Below, piece by piece: positions 62,301 to 64,000 of a DNA stretch of 64,000 nucleotides; the first letter of the stretch is position 1, and the number at the start of each line of letters is the position of its first letter. The position numbers and the translations under genes are program-made. Source of the DNA: Basidiobolus meristosporus CBS 931.73 (taxonomy: Eukaryota; Fungi; Basidiobolomycota); contig MCFE01000304.1 of assembly GCA_002104905.1 (NCBI GenBank), forward strand, positions 1 to 64,000. Direction: 5' to 3'. The notes beneath the pieces were generated by a model. That model did no database searches and was not told where the DNA came from. It was given only the letters and a program-made list of their open reading frames with translations.

Positions 62301-62906
62301 GTGAAGTTTCAAGCAATCTCAGATATTAAGGGTAACTTCATCTGGTTTACTGGGCCATTTGCTGAAAGTAAGCATCACAAAGCACTCCAGTTAGAGAATC
62401 ATCCAGAATTCAGTGGAGGGGAGAATTGCATGACATTAGCTTATATAGGAGAGGATTGTTAAAGATTAAGCTGCATTACAGCCATAGGAAGCCAAGGAGT
62501 AGTGTGACTAGCAGGAAGCAGAAGCTCTACAATCAGTTATTCAATCATTTCAGAGTGCAAATAGAGCATCCATATGGATATCTAAAGAGATTCAGCACAT
62601 TGGCCGGCAAATGCAGAGGAAAGTGATATATAGGAAGAAACTACAGAACAGGTAAAATAGCTAAGATACTTATTACCACACTACTGATCCATACAAGAAG
62701 ACAACCCCTGAGAGAAATGCATTGGTAAGATTATGAAGAATTAATAAGGCAAGAAAAGCACTGTTCTGAGCAACATTATTAAGATTGAGTAAAAATACCA
62801 GTAATTGTATCCTACCACTAGCATTATGGTAGAAACTAGAGTGTCAGTTCAATCCGGCACTATAAGCAGGCTGGCACTATGTGGCACCTTTCAACAACAC
62901 AAGTCT
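59315..62906. mobile_element. Older PHIS copy P2, inverted relative to P1; transposase remnant about 61870-62740 (+), ORF2 remnant about 59860-61510 (-)
   Basis: Colinear with the reverse complement of P1; degenerate TIR ...acaagtct at 62906 followed by att; other end truncated. Confidence 0.85.
60149..60517 (-). mobile_element. Solo LTR, family B (369 bp), inside ORF2 of P2
   Basis: Reverse-complement homologue of 58728-59096; gagg/gaag 4-bp TSD. Confidence 0.8.
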
Positions 62907-62929
62907 ATTACTTATATAGAATTTTAGTG

Positions 62930-64000
62930 ATCATTGGCTTGCAATGGCTTGAATCACAAAACAAAAAAATGCATTGCTTGAATCATGACAAGTGATGATA
63001 ATCCATCACAATTGCATCAACTTCTCCTAGGTTATTTTCTCACAGAGATTACTACTTAAGCATTTGATAGTGATTCACTTTGCACATCTGAACTACTTTC
63101 TTGTTGACTATCATCTTGGCTGCTTGTGTACTTGAGGTCAGTATTTTGCCACCTAGTTGATGAGCGCAGTGCCAGAGCTTGGCTGAGCTGCAATGCTCTA
63201 GATATTGCTACAGAACCAGCCTGAGGTGCCATGTGCTGATGTGTACTTTTACTTGCCAAATTATAGACACTTGGGCCATACTGAAATCATTTGGCAAGAA
63301 CTCAAACAGCTCCAACATTGCCTTTTTGGGTTCCAGACTGCACTAGTGAGCTGGGGGATGGACTCTGTCAGGGTTATACTAAAGATGAGTTGAGACTTGG
63401 TATAGGGACCATAGCTACAGATTTGGATACCTGAACTGTAGTATACTGGCTTCAACCAGGTCTTATATGATATTTTCATTAGTACCACTGTGCCTGTTAA
63501 ATTTTCCATATATCATGCTTAATGCCTCTTGGATGGCATCAACAGAGGTCAGACCATATCAGTTGCAGATCTCCTATTTGATTATAGACTTGTGAGTAAA
63601 TCATCAATGGAATCAGCAAGTCATTGTTTGCAGATGATTTTTGCAACATAATGATGGGATACATGGCAATTGATGGGAATTTAATTATAACGCATGGAAA
63701 ATCAGATAAACTAAACTGATTGTACCTAATCAATTCAAATCACATCTACCCAAGTACCTACCAGTTCTAATATTACTTACTTATCAGAATGGTGTTTTCT
63801 CATCAATCCCATCACTACCACTGGAATCCCTTCTGATTTATTAGCGGAGATCTATGCCAAGTACTATGGACCATCTACCGCAATCTACACAAGAAGATCA
63901 CTTGTTAAGCTTCTCTGCTATTGCAAAAACTATTGCCCTACAGGTTTCATCCTACCATCCAGGGCAACAAAAGTCCTAGAAGCTTTCATTCCCAGCTACA
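62930..64000. mobile_element. Third PHIS copy P3, internally deleted, runs off the window
   Basis: ORF2 ends with an internal deletion near 63260, then the shared spacer, then the transposase 5' end (FLINPITTTG) from about 63785. Confidence 0.8.

Overview
Eukaryotic (fungal-type) genomic DNA with short GT-AG introns and CTAAC-like branch points. A phytochelatin synthase, an SCFD2/MIP3-like SM protein and CpG-decayed transposons suggest an early-diverging (non-Dikarya) fungus, but this is inference. The window has three zones. (1) 1-12.6 kb is an accessory island: a spliced, secreted, strongly cationic RNase T1-family gene lies tail-to-tail with a tandem array of six intronless alcohol-acetyltransferase (AATase, HHxxxDG) paralogues (3 intact, 2 disrupted, 1 remnant) that show gene-conversion mosaicism. 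(2) 14.3-29.7 kb is a compact housekeeping block: uS7m, SCFD2-like, LAPTM-like 4-TM protein, a short phytochelatin synthase with a mitochondrial-type presequence, mS41/FYV4, ARPC1, Rab-GGTase alpha, an Mpv17/PMP22 protein and a hypothetical nuclear protein. (3) 32.3-64 kb is a CpG-depleted nested transposon block: one Ty1/copia family (349-bp LTR, half-tRNA-iMet primer site) in at least 7 nested or fragmented copies, a 3.4-kb two-ORF PIF/Harbinger-IS5-like (PHIS) DNA transposon in 3 copies, two solo-LTR families with 4-bp TSDs, and a CACTA-like remnant. No rRNA, tRNA or CRISPR was seen. Gene models and alignments were made by eye; no searches were run.
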